A stretch of 64,000 nt of DNA from Candidatus Bathyarchaeota archaeon (GCA_963782525.1 CAWAKC010000005.1:1-64000), one strand, 5' to 3'. Counted from the stretch's first letter, positions 12,739-22,223 are shown. Program-made: numbers and translations. The notes: generated by a model from the sequence alone, not told the origin.

Positions 12739-13416
12739 ATGAAGTTTAGTGGATTACAAAAAATCAGTCTAGTGGATTATCCCGATAGGATAGCGTCAGT
12801 TCTGTTTACGCCAGGTTGCAATCTCCGCTGTCCATTCTGCCACAACTGGCGCATCGCCGTTGACCCGCAACCGCCGTTTCTACAGGAAGGCATCGCATTG
12901 GAGATTTTGGAGAGCCGCAAAAATTACGTCGACGCAGTAGTGGTCACGGGCGGCGAGCCATGTATGCATAAGGAGTTGCCGAAGTTTTTGGCTAAACTCA
13001 AAGAACGAGGGTTTTCGGTAAAGCTGGATACAAACGGTTTCTTTCCCGATACACTCGAGGAATGCTTAGGCTACGTGGATTATGTAGCTATGGATGTGAA
13101 GACCTGCACTGACAAATACAAGTTGCTCGGCGCCAAAGACACCGCTGGCTTCATACGTACCCTGGAAATCCTGAAAACAGGCAAAGTGCCATACGAATTC
13201 CGCACAACCGCCGTTCCTGAACTCGTTACAGCCCAAGATGCAACATGCATCGGCGAGTTGGTGAAGGGTTCAAAAACTCATGCTCTTCAACAATTCATAC
13301 CGACGGATACTCTTGACAAAAAATATCAGGCGCTCAAGCCCTATGCGCCCGAAACAATTGATGAATTCGCAAAAATAATTCAGCCGTTCACAGAGAAAAT
13401 TGTTTTTAGAATCTAA
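12739..13416 (+). CDS. nrdG: Anaerobic RNR activating radical SAM enzyme
   Basis: GCNLRCPFCHN, VTGGEP, KLDTNG; follows nrdD. Confidence 0.95.
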   Translation: MKFSGLQKISLVDYPDRIASVLFTPGCNLRCPFCHNWRIAVDPQPPFLQEGIALEILESRKNYVDAVVVTGGEPCMHKELPKFLAKLKERGFSVKLDTNGFFPDTLEECLGYVDYVAMDVKTCTDKYKLLGAKDTAGFIRTLEILKTGKVPYEFRTTAVPELVTAQDATCIGELVKGSKTHALQQFIPTDTLDKKYQALKPYAPETIDEFAKIIQPFTEKIVFRI

Positions 13417-13578
13417 ATTTCTTTTTTTGTATCATGCTTTAGGACTGCAAACTGTCTCCATTTTAATTGACAAGTTGCTTCTTAACACTTAAACCGATGT
13501 GATTGTAAATCGACAATAATAAACAGCCAAAACAACTATTGTAATCTTAACGCTTTAAATAACTAATTATGGCTAAAA

Positions 13579-14028
13579 TTGATACAAGTGAAGAATCATA
13601 TGAGTCAGCGTCTACTGATTTATTCTGATGGCGGTGCGAGAGGTAACCCTGGACCAGCAGCCATAGCTTTCATAGCCTTAAACGAGAGAAATGAAACTGT
13701 GAAAGCGGATTCTTGCTTCATAGGCGTTCGTACAAATAATCAAGCGGAGTACGAAGCGTTGCTGTTCGCGTTAAACTTTGCCATAGCCGAAAAAACAGAG
13801 GACGTAGTTTGCCATTTGGATAGTGAATTAGTTGCAAGGCAAATAAATGGAGAATACGCAGTTAAAAACGACCTGTTGTGGCAGTTGTGGCGGAAGGTGC
13901 AGAAGTTGAAGGTGTGTTTTAAGAAAATCATTTTTGTTAATGTTCCAAGAAGCAACCTCCAAATTGCGCTGGCAGATGCACTAGTAAACAAAACGCTCGA
14001 TGAACAAGCCAAGAAAAGCATAAGCTAA
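13579..14028 (+). CDS. rnhA: Ribonuclease HI
   Basis: YSDGGARGNPGPA, TNNQAEYEAL, DSELV. Confidence 0.92.
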   Translation: MIQVKNHMSQRLLIYSDGGARGNPGPAAIAFIALNERNETVKADSCFIGVRTNNQAEYEALLFALNFAIAEKTEDVVCHLDSELVARQINGEYAVKNDLLWQLWRKVQKLKVCFKKIIFVNVPRSNLQIALADALVNKTLDEQAKKSIS

Positions 14029-14069
14029 ACAATTATAACAAGCAACACCAGAAATATCACGGTGAAAAA

Positions 14070-14456
14070 ATGTTTGTCCACACAAGCATACGCACAAGCA
14101 ACATGGAGCGCTCCATCGATTTCTATTCACGTTTCTTCGGTTTAAAACTGCAACGACGCAGCGAAATCAAACAAACTAACGCTGAAATCGCTTTTTTACA
14201 AGACGTTGACCGAAAGGGCAGCATACTTGAATTAACCTACTATCACGGCCAAAACAAGTTTCTTCAACCCCAATACGAAGAGAGATTGTTTGACCATTTG
14301 GGATTTGAAGTTGCCGACATAAACAAAACCATTGCAGAATTAAAAAAAGAGAACGTAACCGTGACAGATGAACCCTTCCAGTTAAACGAGCATACAACGA
14401 TCGCTTTTGTCGAAGACCCTGACGGAACCCTAATTGAGCTAATAGAACGTAAATAA
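14070..14456 (+). CDS. VOC family / lactoylglutathione lyase-like protein
   Basis: HTSIR..MERSIDFY, LELT, HLGFEV, FVEDPDGTLIELI. Confidence 0.9.
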   Translation: MFVHTSIRTSNMERSIDFYSRFFGLKLQRRSEIKQTNAEIAFLQDVDRKGSILELTYYHGQNKFLQPQYEERLFDHLGFEVADINKTIAELKKENVTVTDEPFQLNEHTTIAFVEDPDGTLIELIERK

Positions 14457-14460
14457 AAGT

Positions 14461-14898
14461 TTACTCGTAGAATTTGGGTCTGCCGCGTTTAGTGTATTCT
14501 TCGATGGCTTTGGATCTTTCTTCTTCCTCTTGGTCTTTCTCCTCAGCTTCTTTCTCAGCTGGTTGAGCTACCGTTTTGTCAAAGTCGCCGTCTATACTCT
14601 TGTAGGACCCTTCCAAGGCTTTAATGTAAATCTTGAAGTCGTCAATTGAGCTTTCTGCTTGCCGATGAGATGCATGAACCTGGTCGGATAGAAGAATTAT
14701 CAAATCGAGCATGCTTCTGAGGGTCTGTTTTTCACTATCTGGTGCATGGTCATAATACCGTTGAAATACACTTAGAAGGTCCATGAACATGTCGTCGACT
14801 TCTCTGGTTTCTCGTTTGAAGAGGTTCTCAGACGTTAATGATTTAGTCTTTAGAATAAGCATCAAGTTTTTCAAAATTGCAGTGTCACTATTAGACAA
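14461..14898 (-). CDS. Hypothetical helical protein
   Basis: 145-aa ORF with charged C-terminus; no motif recognised. Confidence 0.65.
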   Translation of the reverse strand: MSNSDTAILKNLMLILKTKSLTSENLFKRETREVDDMFMDLLSVFQRYYDHAPDSEKQTLRSMLDLIILLSDQVHASHRQAESSIDDFKIYIKALEGSYKSIDGDFDKTVAQPAEKEAEEKDQEEEERSKAIEEYTKRGRPKFYE

Positions 14899-15634
14899 AA
14901 CAAAAACCCAACTTTACTATTTGTGGGGGCTCAGTTATATTTTTTGGTTGAATGTAAAAAATAACTAAAAGTCCTGAGCTAAAATAAATAAAAAAGCACT
15001 TCCAAGTCGCAAAAATTATCCTCAAATTAGCTCTAATTGCGCCACCGATGCGAGGTTTACTGCGTCTGGGCGGAGGCTCGTATGTTATTTCACCAATCAT
15101 AAAACCTCTCTTCTTAGCGGTAACTAAGAGTTCTCCGCCGAAGGTTTCACCGCCCTTGAGGTCGTTGGCAAGGGTTTCTTTTTTGTAAGCCCTAAAATTG
15201 GAGTAGAAATCTGAAACACCAAACTTTTTGCCTAAGGTTTTAGAAGCCCATCGCTCAGAAAACCTTGGAACGACTTTTCGTGATGCAACCACTAAATCAT
15301 AAATTTTCATTTTCTCGATGAGCGCTGGGATTAGTTCTGGAGGATTCTCTAAGTCGGAGTCGATAGTCACAATCAAAGGAAACTTGGCAAGTTTTGCTCC
15401 GAACAACAGTCCCTTCGTTTGTCCTTCCCGAACCTTTCCAACTGCTACATCAGCAATTAATTTGGCGGCTCCGAGGGTTCCATCTGAAGAGCTATCGTCA
15501 ACAACGATTATCTCATGCGGAACGCCCTGAAGTGTTAACCTGACTCTGCGAACCAGCTCTTGTATATTTTCTTTTTCATTCCAGGTAGTTGTAACCACTG
15601 ATATACCCTGAACTGTTCCAGCGCTGGCACTCAT
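14891..15634 (-). CDS. GT2 glycosyltransferase (dolichol-phosphate mannosyltransferase-like)
   Basis: ISVV.TTWNEKENI, IIVVDDSSSDGT, TIDSDLENPP; start taken at MSASAG. Confidence 0.88.
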   Translation of the reverse strand: MSASAGTVQGISVVTTTWNEKENIQELVRRVRLTLQGVPHEIIVVDDSSSDGTLGAAKLIADVAVGKVREGQTKGLLFGAKLAKFPLIVTIDSDLENPPELIPALIEKMKIYDLVVASRKVVPRFSERWASKTLGKKFGVSDFYSNFRAYKKETLANDLKGGETFGGELLVTAKKRGFMIGEITYEPPPRRSKPRIGGAIRANLRIIFATWKCFFIYFSSGLLVIFYIQPKNITEPPQIVKLGFCFV

Positions 15635-15849
15635 GAGTAGGCAATAACCTCTATGGGTTATAAGCTGTTTTGCACTCTTGAACAAAACTAAAACACGTTT
15701 TTGCAGAAATCACCTGTTTTTTTTATCTGTGTTAGGGTTTTTTTAGTCATATTTCAAACCAAAACAACATCGCAATATTAAAATAAAGGGAAGGACTGAT
15801 GTGTTAACGAATTTCAAAAATCAGGATAAACTAATAGAGGATATGAAAA

Positions 15850-17154
15850 ATGAGCAAAAGTGACAAACCCCACCTAAACATTATCATCATGGGGCACGTT
15901 GACAACGGAAAATCAACAACTACAGGGCACTTACTGTACCTTGCAGGCGTTATCGATCAACGAACCATCGATGCTTACAAAGCAGAAGCCGAACAAATGG
16001 GCAAAACAACATTCCACTTCGCCTGGGTTTTAGACAACTTGAAGGAAGAACGAGAACGAGGTGTCACAATTGACCTTCGATTCCTGCAATTCCCAACCAA
16101 GAAATACAACATGACCGTTATTGATGCGCCAGGCCACAGAGACTTCATCAAGAACATGATTACTGGAGCAAGCCAAGCCGATGCAGCAGTTCTCTTCAGC
16201 TCAGCTAAGAAAGGCGAGTTCGAAGCAGGAATTGGAGCAGGTGGTCAAACTCGTGAGCACGCATTCTTAGCATTCACACTAGGTATACGCCAACTAATCG
16301 TTGCAATTAACAAGATGGATGATGCCTCCGTTAACTGGAGTAAAGATCGTTACGATGAAATGAAGAACGAAATCACAAGAATGATCAAGATGGTCGGCTA
16401 CAAGGTTGACAAAGTTAACTTCGTCCCGGTTTCTGGCTGGACAGGCGACAACTTGATCAAAAAGAGCGATAAGATGCCATGGTATACTGGTCCAACTTTA
16501 ATGGAAGCATTCGATCTTCTTGAGATTCCAGCAAAACCAACCAACAAACCTCTACGTATTCCTATTCAAGATGTATACAGCATTACAGGTATCGGTACGG
16601 TCCCAGTTGGCAGAGTCGAAACAGGTATACTCAAACCAGGTCAAACCCTAATCTTTATGCCATCGAATAAAACTGCTGAAATCAAATCAATCGAAATGCA
16701 CCACACACAAATCCCAATGGCTGAACCAGGCGATAACATCGGTATGAACGTTCGCGGCATCGCAAAAACTGATGTCCACCGCGGAGACGTCGCAGGCCCA
16801 GTTGACAACCCACCAACCGTTGCAAAAGAATTCATCGGACAAATCATCGTCATCTACCACCCAACAGCAATCGCAGCAGGATACACACCAGTACTCCACT
16901 ACCACACAGGACAAATTGCAGTCAAATTCACCGAACTCATAAAGAAAATCGACCCGCGCACAGGCCAAGTATCAGAAGAGCACCCAAGCTACCTCAAAAC
17001 AGGAGACGCAGCATGGGTACGCATGGAACCACTCCACCCAATCGCAGTCGAAGCATTCATTGACTTCCCAGAACTCGGCAGATTCGCAATCCGAGACATG
17101 GGCACCACCGTCGCAGCAGGTGCAATTAAAGAAATAACCAAAAAGGGACCATAA
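15850..17154 (+). CDS. tuf: Translation elongation factor EF-1alpha
   Basis: GHVDNGKST, ERERGVTID, DAPGHRDF, NKMD, GRFAIRDMG. Confidence 0.98.
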   Translation: MSKSDKPHLNIIIMGHVDNGKSTTTGHLLYLAGVIDQRTIDAYKAEAEQMGKTTFHFAWVLDNLKEERERGVTIDLRFLQFPTKKYNMTVIDAPGHRDFIKNMITGASQADAAVLFSSAKKGEFEAGIGAGGQTREHAFLAFTLGIRQLIVAINKMDDASVNWSKDRYDEMKNEITRMIKMVGYKVDKVNFVPVSGWTGDNLIKKSDKMPWYTGPTLMEAFDLLEIPAKPTNKPLRIPIQDVYSITGIGTVPVGRVETGILKPGQTLIFMPSNKTAEIKSIEMHHTQIPMAEPGDNIGMNVRGIAKTDVHRGDVAGPVDNPPTVAKEFIGQIIVIYHPTAIAAGYTPVLHYHTGQIAVKFTELIKKIDPRTGQVSEEHPSYLKTGDAAWVRMEPLHPIAVEAFIDFPELGRFAIRDMGTTVAAGAIKEITKKGP

Positions 17155-17694
17155 ACTCCCTTAATTTCATTTTTTGTTTCTTTAATTTAAATGATATTTT
17201 AAGCAATAAAGTTGTTCAATGCTCACTATAAACTGTATTGAATTTGAAGATGTTGCTCTAGTTTAACAGCATTTTGTGTGGCTTGTTGTTGTAGTTAGGC
17301 AGTCACAAGTATTTTTATCGCATGGACGGAAGTGCTAACATAAGGCTGGGTGGAATTATGGATTATAGAAATGGAAAATCCGTTTACCTCAAAAAAAGAC
17401 ACGTTAAAATTGAGGCAAGTTTGGCTCAGGTGACTCTCAAAGATGTCCCCTTGGAAGCTAGGCGAAAAGAAGCCAAAAAACCCCTTTTCCTAATAAGATA
17501 TGAATAAAAAGAAAATTATCCAACGTCGTTAGTAGAGTAGACATTTTGGTAATTTTTAGTCAAAGGGTAGTGTGCATTTCCTTTTCCTCTGCAATAAACT
17601 AATTTTTCAAAGGATTTTTTTAACGCTTCAAAAACTTGAATCGAAAACAAAATTAACCGCTTCACCATAACCGCCCTTCTAAAGAGTTGACTGT

Positions 17695-18426
17695 ATGTCT
17701 GGTACGGAAACGTTGGTTCCTTTCATCAGCGAAAAAAAGAAACCTGGCGAAGAACTAACCATCATTATGGACAGCCGCGAAGCAAGCAGCGCCAAAAAAA
17801 TTGCAACGGGTTTAATCGAGAAGGGCGTCAAAGTTAAAACGGAGATGCTGGAAAAAGGCGACTACATTCTCAGCGACCAATGCGCGGTTGAACGCAAAAC
17901 AGTCAACGACTTCGTCTACACCTTGACGAGGCGTTATCTTTTCGAGCAGCTTTTTCGGTTAAAGGATGTTTACCCAAAATCCCTCATCGTACTCGAAGGC
18001 TACATGCCTATAATCTACAAATACAGCAGCATTAACCCTGCTTCCGTTTGGGGCGCCATTTTTAACCTCGCCAAAAACGGCATCGCAATCGTCAACACTG
18101 CCTCCCAGAAAGAAACCATAGATTTCCTCTACACTGCCGCACGGCAGGAACAAATCGTTGAAAAGCGCAGTGCCGTAGTGCATGCCTTCAAAAAATGCGA
18201 TACCCTATCAGATGCTCAGGTATATTTTGTAGCAAGCTTGCCCAGCATTGGACGGGAGAAGGCTACGGCGATTTTGGATTCTTATCAGACGCCGCTTAAT
18301 GCGTTGATAAATGTGGATGATTGGGAGAAAGCGGTTCATGGGTTGGGTCCGGTGATTACGAATCGGGTGAAGGATGTTTTGAGTACGCCGTATAAGGATA
18401 AGAAATGTGAAGAAGCTCCGCCTTAA
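17695..18426 (+). CDS. XPF/ERCC4 structure-specific nuclease with HhH domain
   Basis: DSRE, GDY, VERKTxxD, LPSIG..KA HhH. Confidence 0.92.
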   Translation: MSGTETLVPFISEKKKPGEELTIIMDSREASSAKKIATGLIEKGVKVKTEMLEKGDYILSDQCAVERKTVNDFVYTLTRRYLFEQLFRLKDVYPKSLIVLEGYMPIIYKYSSINPASVWGAIFNLAKNGIAIVNTASQKETIDFLYTAARQEQIVEKRSAVVHAFKKCDTLSDAQVYFVASLPSIGREKATAILDSYQTPLNALINVDDWEKAVHGLGPVITNRVKDVLSTPYKDKKCEEAPP

Positions 18427-18507
18427 CCTAACCTCCGGTATAGTTTCTGCGGTGAGTTTCTATTAGTACACAAACAGATCGCACAAGCCCCTGCCTTAGG
18501 GAACATT

Positions 18508-18867
18508 TTAAGACAAACCCTGACCGCTAAAGTTTAAAGCCAAGCCAACATTAATGATAGAAACCACCAAAAACAAAGCGAAAAAGCGATGTAGGGGCCG
18601 TCGGCTAGTTTGGTCCAGGCTTGTAGCCTCGGGCGCTATAGACCCCGGTTCAAATCCGGGCGGCCCCACCAAGCTACTTTTAAATTCACTATAATTAGCG
18701 TTATTTTGAATAGAAACAAGTGAATATCCGTTAACTAGCAGTTTTAGGTGGTTTTCAAACGTTTTACTTAAGTTGAAGCCTAATTCCTTCGACTTTAAAA
18801 CTAATTCTTTGTCCAGATATACTACAACATTACCTTGGTTGGCAATTGCATTCGCATCCAAGCGCAT
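18508..18867 (-). mobile_element. Putative N-terminal fragment (intN) of a tRNA-split SSV-type integrase with RHH/CcdA-like N-terminus
   Basis: ORF reads antisense through the tRNA-Pro 3' half (LVGPPGFEPGS); N-terminus VVVYLDKELV.KSKELGFNLSKTFE resembles an RHH fold. Confidence 0.5.
18594..18671 (+). tRNA. tRNA-Pro(CGG), encoded CCA
   Basis: GGGGCCG/CGGCCCC acceptor, GTAGC-CTCGGGC-GCTAT anticodon arm, CCCGG-TTCAAAT-CCGGG. Confidence 0.96.
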
Positions 18868-19047
18868 TCGATTGGAACGAATTGTTATAAAGTTGGTCTT
18901 TTGTTTAGTTACTCATTTCATAATTTATTAATTTTCGATTTTTGAAGAATTACCTGAATTTTCTAAGCTTCTCATTTTTAGCGCAATGTCAATATTATTC
19001 GAAAAAGCTATAACTTCTATTGTGAATTAGATATAGAGGGACTTCTT

Positions 19048-19533
19048 TTGATAACAAAAATTCTTGTGGGAGTAGATGGTTCTAAAAATTCGGAAAAGGC
19101 TTTGGATTATGCTCTTGAAATTGCTGAAAAGTTTTCTGCGTCTGTTTTAATCCTTAACGTTTTTCAGCCGCCGCCAGAATTTGGATACCAGGCAAACACG
19201 TTTTCGCAGTTTCCAATGTCTGGATATCCCCAAGATACAATTGGTAACCAGTCGAACAATTCCGCATTTATAAAAGACCTTCGAAAAGCGCATGAAGCAG
19301 TTTTGTCCAAAGCCGCTGAAAGGGCGATTAAACTAAAACCCGTGCTTAAAATCACCACTGAACTAAAAGAAGGAAACATATCATCTCAGATAGTTGAAAC
19401 TGCTGCAAATGGAGCCTTTGATTTAATAGTCGTGGGTCATTTTGGGGAAAGTGAAATCAAGGAATTCTTTCTTGGTAGCACAAGTGAAAGAGTTGTCCAC
19501 CAGGCAAGATGCGCGGTGCTAATTGTCAAATGA
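19048..19533 (+). CDS. Universal stress protein (UspA family)
   Basis: KILVGVDGS, DLIVVG, FLGSTSERVV..A.C.VLIVK. Confidence 0.93.
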   Translation: MITKILVGVDGSKNSEKALDYALEIAEKFSASVLILNVFQPPPEFGYQANTFSQFPMSGYPQDTIGNQSNNSAFIKDLRKAHEAVLSKAAERAIKLKPVLKITTELKEGNISSQIVETAANGAFDLIVVGHFGESEIKEFFLGSTSERVVHQARCAVLIVK

Positions 19534-19907
19534 TTCGAGCACTAAAGTTTTTCAATTTTCTAATTTCTCGAAATTAGGTGGGAAGTATAAATTTCGAAAT
19601 TGTGTGCAAAAAAAAGAAAGCACTGACAGTTAGTTATAGGTTACTTGTTTGTTTACGTAAGTTTGGTGCCGCATTCGCCGCTGAAATTGGTTGAGTTCTG
19701 TTGTTTACATTGGTTATGTAACAATGTGGAAAGCGGATGGGTTAGCTCTTTTGAGGTAGAGACGGCATTAAGTTTTGAATCCTCTCCGTAACTACGCGAA
19801 TTGGAGATTGGATTGAAACTTAAGAGGTGTGAGGCGTTAGCCGAATGTTGACTATCTTTCAATCTCTTTGTTGTTGAGTGGTCCCAGCATTACAGCTTTT
19901 TTAATTC

Positions 19908-19927
19908 TCAAATCGGGCGGCACCCCA
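19908..19927 (+). repeat. Degenerate copy of tRNA-Pro 3' end (attR-like)
   Basis: tcaaatcgggcggc versus tcaaatccgggcggc at 18650-18664 (one-base deletion). Confidence 0.55.
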
Positions 19928-20083
19928 AAAAAATCCATTTTAATTTGTGTACTGTATTTGTGTTGTACCGTTGTTTCGTTGGTTTGTTGTATTGTTGAAT
20001 AAGTTTGTGTGGTCGATTGTTTCAATGTTGACTTATATATTACGATTCATTATTCGATGCATTGAAGAGGAAAAGGGAATAAA

Positions 20084-20929
20084 ATGAAAACATCCAAGAC
20101 CGCGACGTTAATCACCATATTGGCAATAATCGCCTTATCAGCATTCTGCTCAACAACCTACGCTATAACAGGAAACAGTCAACCTGACTCAACCCCGCAC
20201 ATCGGCGTCGTAGTGCTTTTCAACGATGCAGCCATGACACAGCCAATCAGCGTAAGCAGCGGCGTCCTCATTTCGCCAACCGTTGTATTAACCGCCGGCC
20301 ACAGCGTCATAGGCGGAGTAGTTGCATGCGTCTGCTTTGACAAAGGGCCAATCACCTACGCAATCGACGAAACAGGCAAAATTCATTGCAACACCAACCA
20401 ACCGATTTACTCCGGCGTTCCAATACCCTTCCCAACATATCTTGCAAGCATAGTAGCCGGGGCAAAAGACAGCAAACTCCTCCAAACAAGCGACGTTGGC
20501 ATAATCATTCTAAACACGCCCGTTCAAGAAGTACAGAGTTATCCCGCACTTCCTACCCCTGGATTAGCAGATACTTTACCTGTGAAAACTGCTTTGCAAG
20601 TGACTGGTTACGGAGTCCAAAATCCATTTAAAGTAAATGATCTCCCACCATTAGCCGGAAGTATTTCCCGCAACTCAGCCACTGTAAACTTGCTGTCAAC
20701 TCACTTTCAAGGAAGCGACAACTACCTCAAATGCTCATCGAATGCTGCCCAGGGCAAAGGCGGAGTTGCCTACGGCGACTCAGGCGGACCAGTGCTATAC
20801 AATGACAATGGACAAGCAACCGTTTTGGCTGTAAACGCATACGTTAACAACGGGAATTGTGCAGGCGTTACTTTCCACACGAGAATTGACAACCCAGAAA
20901 TCCTCGATTGGATCAAGGGTTACATCTAA
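20084..20929 (+). CDS. Secreted S1 (chymotrypsin/trypsin-fold) serine protease
   Basis: Signal peptide; catalytic triad motifs VLTAGH, SDVGII, GDSGGP. Confidence 0.92.
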   Translation: MKTSKTATLITILAIIALSAFCSTTYAITGNSQPDSTPHIGVVVLFNDAAMTQPISVSSGVLISPTVVLTAGHSVIGGVVACVCFDKGPITYAIDETGKIHCNTNQPIYSGVPIPFPTYLASIVAGAKDSKLLQTSDVGIIILNTPVQEVQSYPALPTPGLADTLPVKTALQVTGYGVQNPFKVNDLPPLAGSISRNSATVNLLSTHFQGSDNYLKCSSNAAQGKGGVAYGDSGGPVLYNDNGQATVLAVNAYVNNGNCAGVTFHTRIDNPEILDWIKGYI

Positions 20930-20969
20930 ATTAACATTGATAATTTGAAAAAAAATAGAGGTGAAACAA

Positions 20970-21026
20970 ATGAACCAAAAACGTGCAATAAAAGCTAAAG
21001 GAAACATCAATTGGGGCGGCTGGTAA
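20970..21026 (+). CDS. 18-aa Trp-terminal peptide MNQKRAIKAKGNINWGGW, putative prenylated-peptide precursor (not in ORF track)
   Basis: GAGGTGA RBS at 20958-20964, ATG at 20970, TAA at 21024-21026, followed by a stable hairpin. Confidence 0.75.
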   Translation: MNQKRAIKAKGNINWGGW

Positions 21027-21039
21027 AATAGATTCAAAC

Positions 21040-21065
21040 TGGTGCCTTCGTTGGCACCAATTTTT
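21040..21065 (+). terminator. Stem-loop plus T-tract after the peptide gene
   Basis: tggtgcc-ttcgtt-ggcacca then a-ttttt. Confidence 0.75.
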
Positions 21066-21129
21066 AATTTTTAATCTTAATTTTAGATTCTTAACTTACA
21101 AATACATTGGATTATGATTATTAATAGCT

Positions 21130-22131
21130 ATGAAAGAGACTTCGTTAACACAGAATGCAATGAGCATTATACAAAGCAGAGGGCAATTTGGACTATTACA
21201 CGCTTGCAAAAAAATAATGGCAAACCAGTATGACAACGGAACAGTCTGTGAAGCACTACAATATTATGCCCAAACAGTCCTTCCAAATGTTCTCCCGATT
21301 TTTCCAGCCTTAATTTATCTCTCCAGCAAAGCTAGTGGTGCTATCCCCAAAAACTTGCAACCAATAGCCGCTGCGATGTTGCTCATAACGTCATCAGGCG
21401 ACATCCACGACGACATAGTGGATAATTCAACACGAAAATTTTCAAGAAAAACGGTTGTTGGCAAATACGGCAAAGACATTGCCCTTTTGGCAGGCGATCT
21501 GCTGCTAATTCAAGGAATGTCAGCACTTCAATACGAATGCAACCTGTCGAATAAGCAAAAGAAAATACTTTTAGATTTAGTTGCTGCATCTATGGTTGAA
21601 ATTGTGAAGGCTGAAGCCCGCGAGGCATCGCTGTGGCAGAAGGTAGATGTGACGCCAGAAGAGTATTTTGAGGTAATTAAGCTAAAGGGCGGCGTTGCAG
21701 AGCTTCATTGCAAAATCGGCGGGATAATCGGCGGCGGAGACGAAGAAATCATCGACGATTTGGCGCGTTATGGTAGGGTAATAGGAATATTATCTACCTT
21801 AAAGGAAGAGTTTGTAGATATGTCAAGTTCTGTCGAGCTTGATCATAGAATTAAACGTGAATTGCCACCTTATCCGATGCTTTGTGCCCTGCAGAATAAA
21901 GCATCAAATTACGCGCTCGCATTCTCCAGAAGAGCAAAGTTTTCCTTGACGGATCTGCGGAGAGTTTCAGAGACGGTGCTGTGTTCCTTGGCGGTTGAAG
22001 AGTTAAACGCTGAGTTCAGGGAATTTGGAAGAAAAGAATTAGAGGATAACCAGCTGTTAAAGGGCAATGAGCGGGCGGGGGAGTTAGTGGTGTTGCTTGA
22101 AGCTTTAACAGAAGAATTGGCTATTGTTTAG
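21130..22131 (+). CDS. Divergent polyprenyl-synthase-fold (class I isoprenoid) enzyme, putative ComQ-like peptide prenyltransferase
   Basis: DIHDDIVD first Asp motif and ALLAGDLL retained; GKxxRP absent; second motif degenerate (LKEEFVD). Confidence 0.8.
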   Translation: MKETSLTQNAMSIIQSRGQFGLLHACKKIMANQYDNGTVCEALQYYAQTVLPNVLPIFPALIYLSSKASGAIPKNLQPIAAAMLLITSSGDIHDDIVDNSTRKFSRKTVVGKYGKDIALLAGDLLLIQGMSALQYECNLSNKQKKILLDLVAASMVEIVKAEAREASLWQKVDVTPEEYFEVIKLKGGVAELHCKIGGIIGGGDEEIIDDLARYGRVIGILSTLKEEFVDMSSSVELDHRIKRELPPYPMLCALQNKASNYALAFSRRAKFSLTDLRRVSETVLCSLAVEELNAEFREFGRKELEDNQLLKGNERAGELVVLLEALTEELAIV

Positions 22132-22223
22132 TTGCTGATTGGGAATATGTATTCATTGTATTATGTATTACTTCTTAGGATTTATAATCAATCAGGGCTA
22201 TCTGTTAAATCAGCCTGCCCAAA

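Noticed and set aside
17322-17507. 61-aa ORF between tuf and XPF
   Set aside because: No RBS or motif; cannot be supported as a gene.
19653-19862. intC half of the split integrase
   Set aside because: Position fits but no tyrosine-recombinase R/HxxR/Y motifs are visible.
21130-22131. Ordinary GGPP synthase (idsA) for ether lipids
   Set aside because: Lacks GKxxRP, RRG, KT and the second DDxxD; context is peptide and MFS rather than mevalonate genes.
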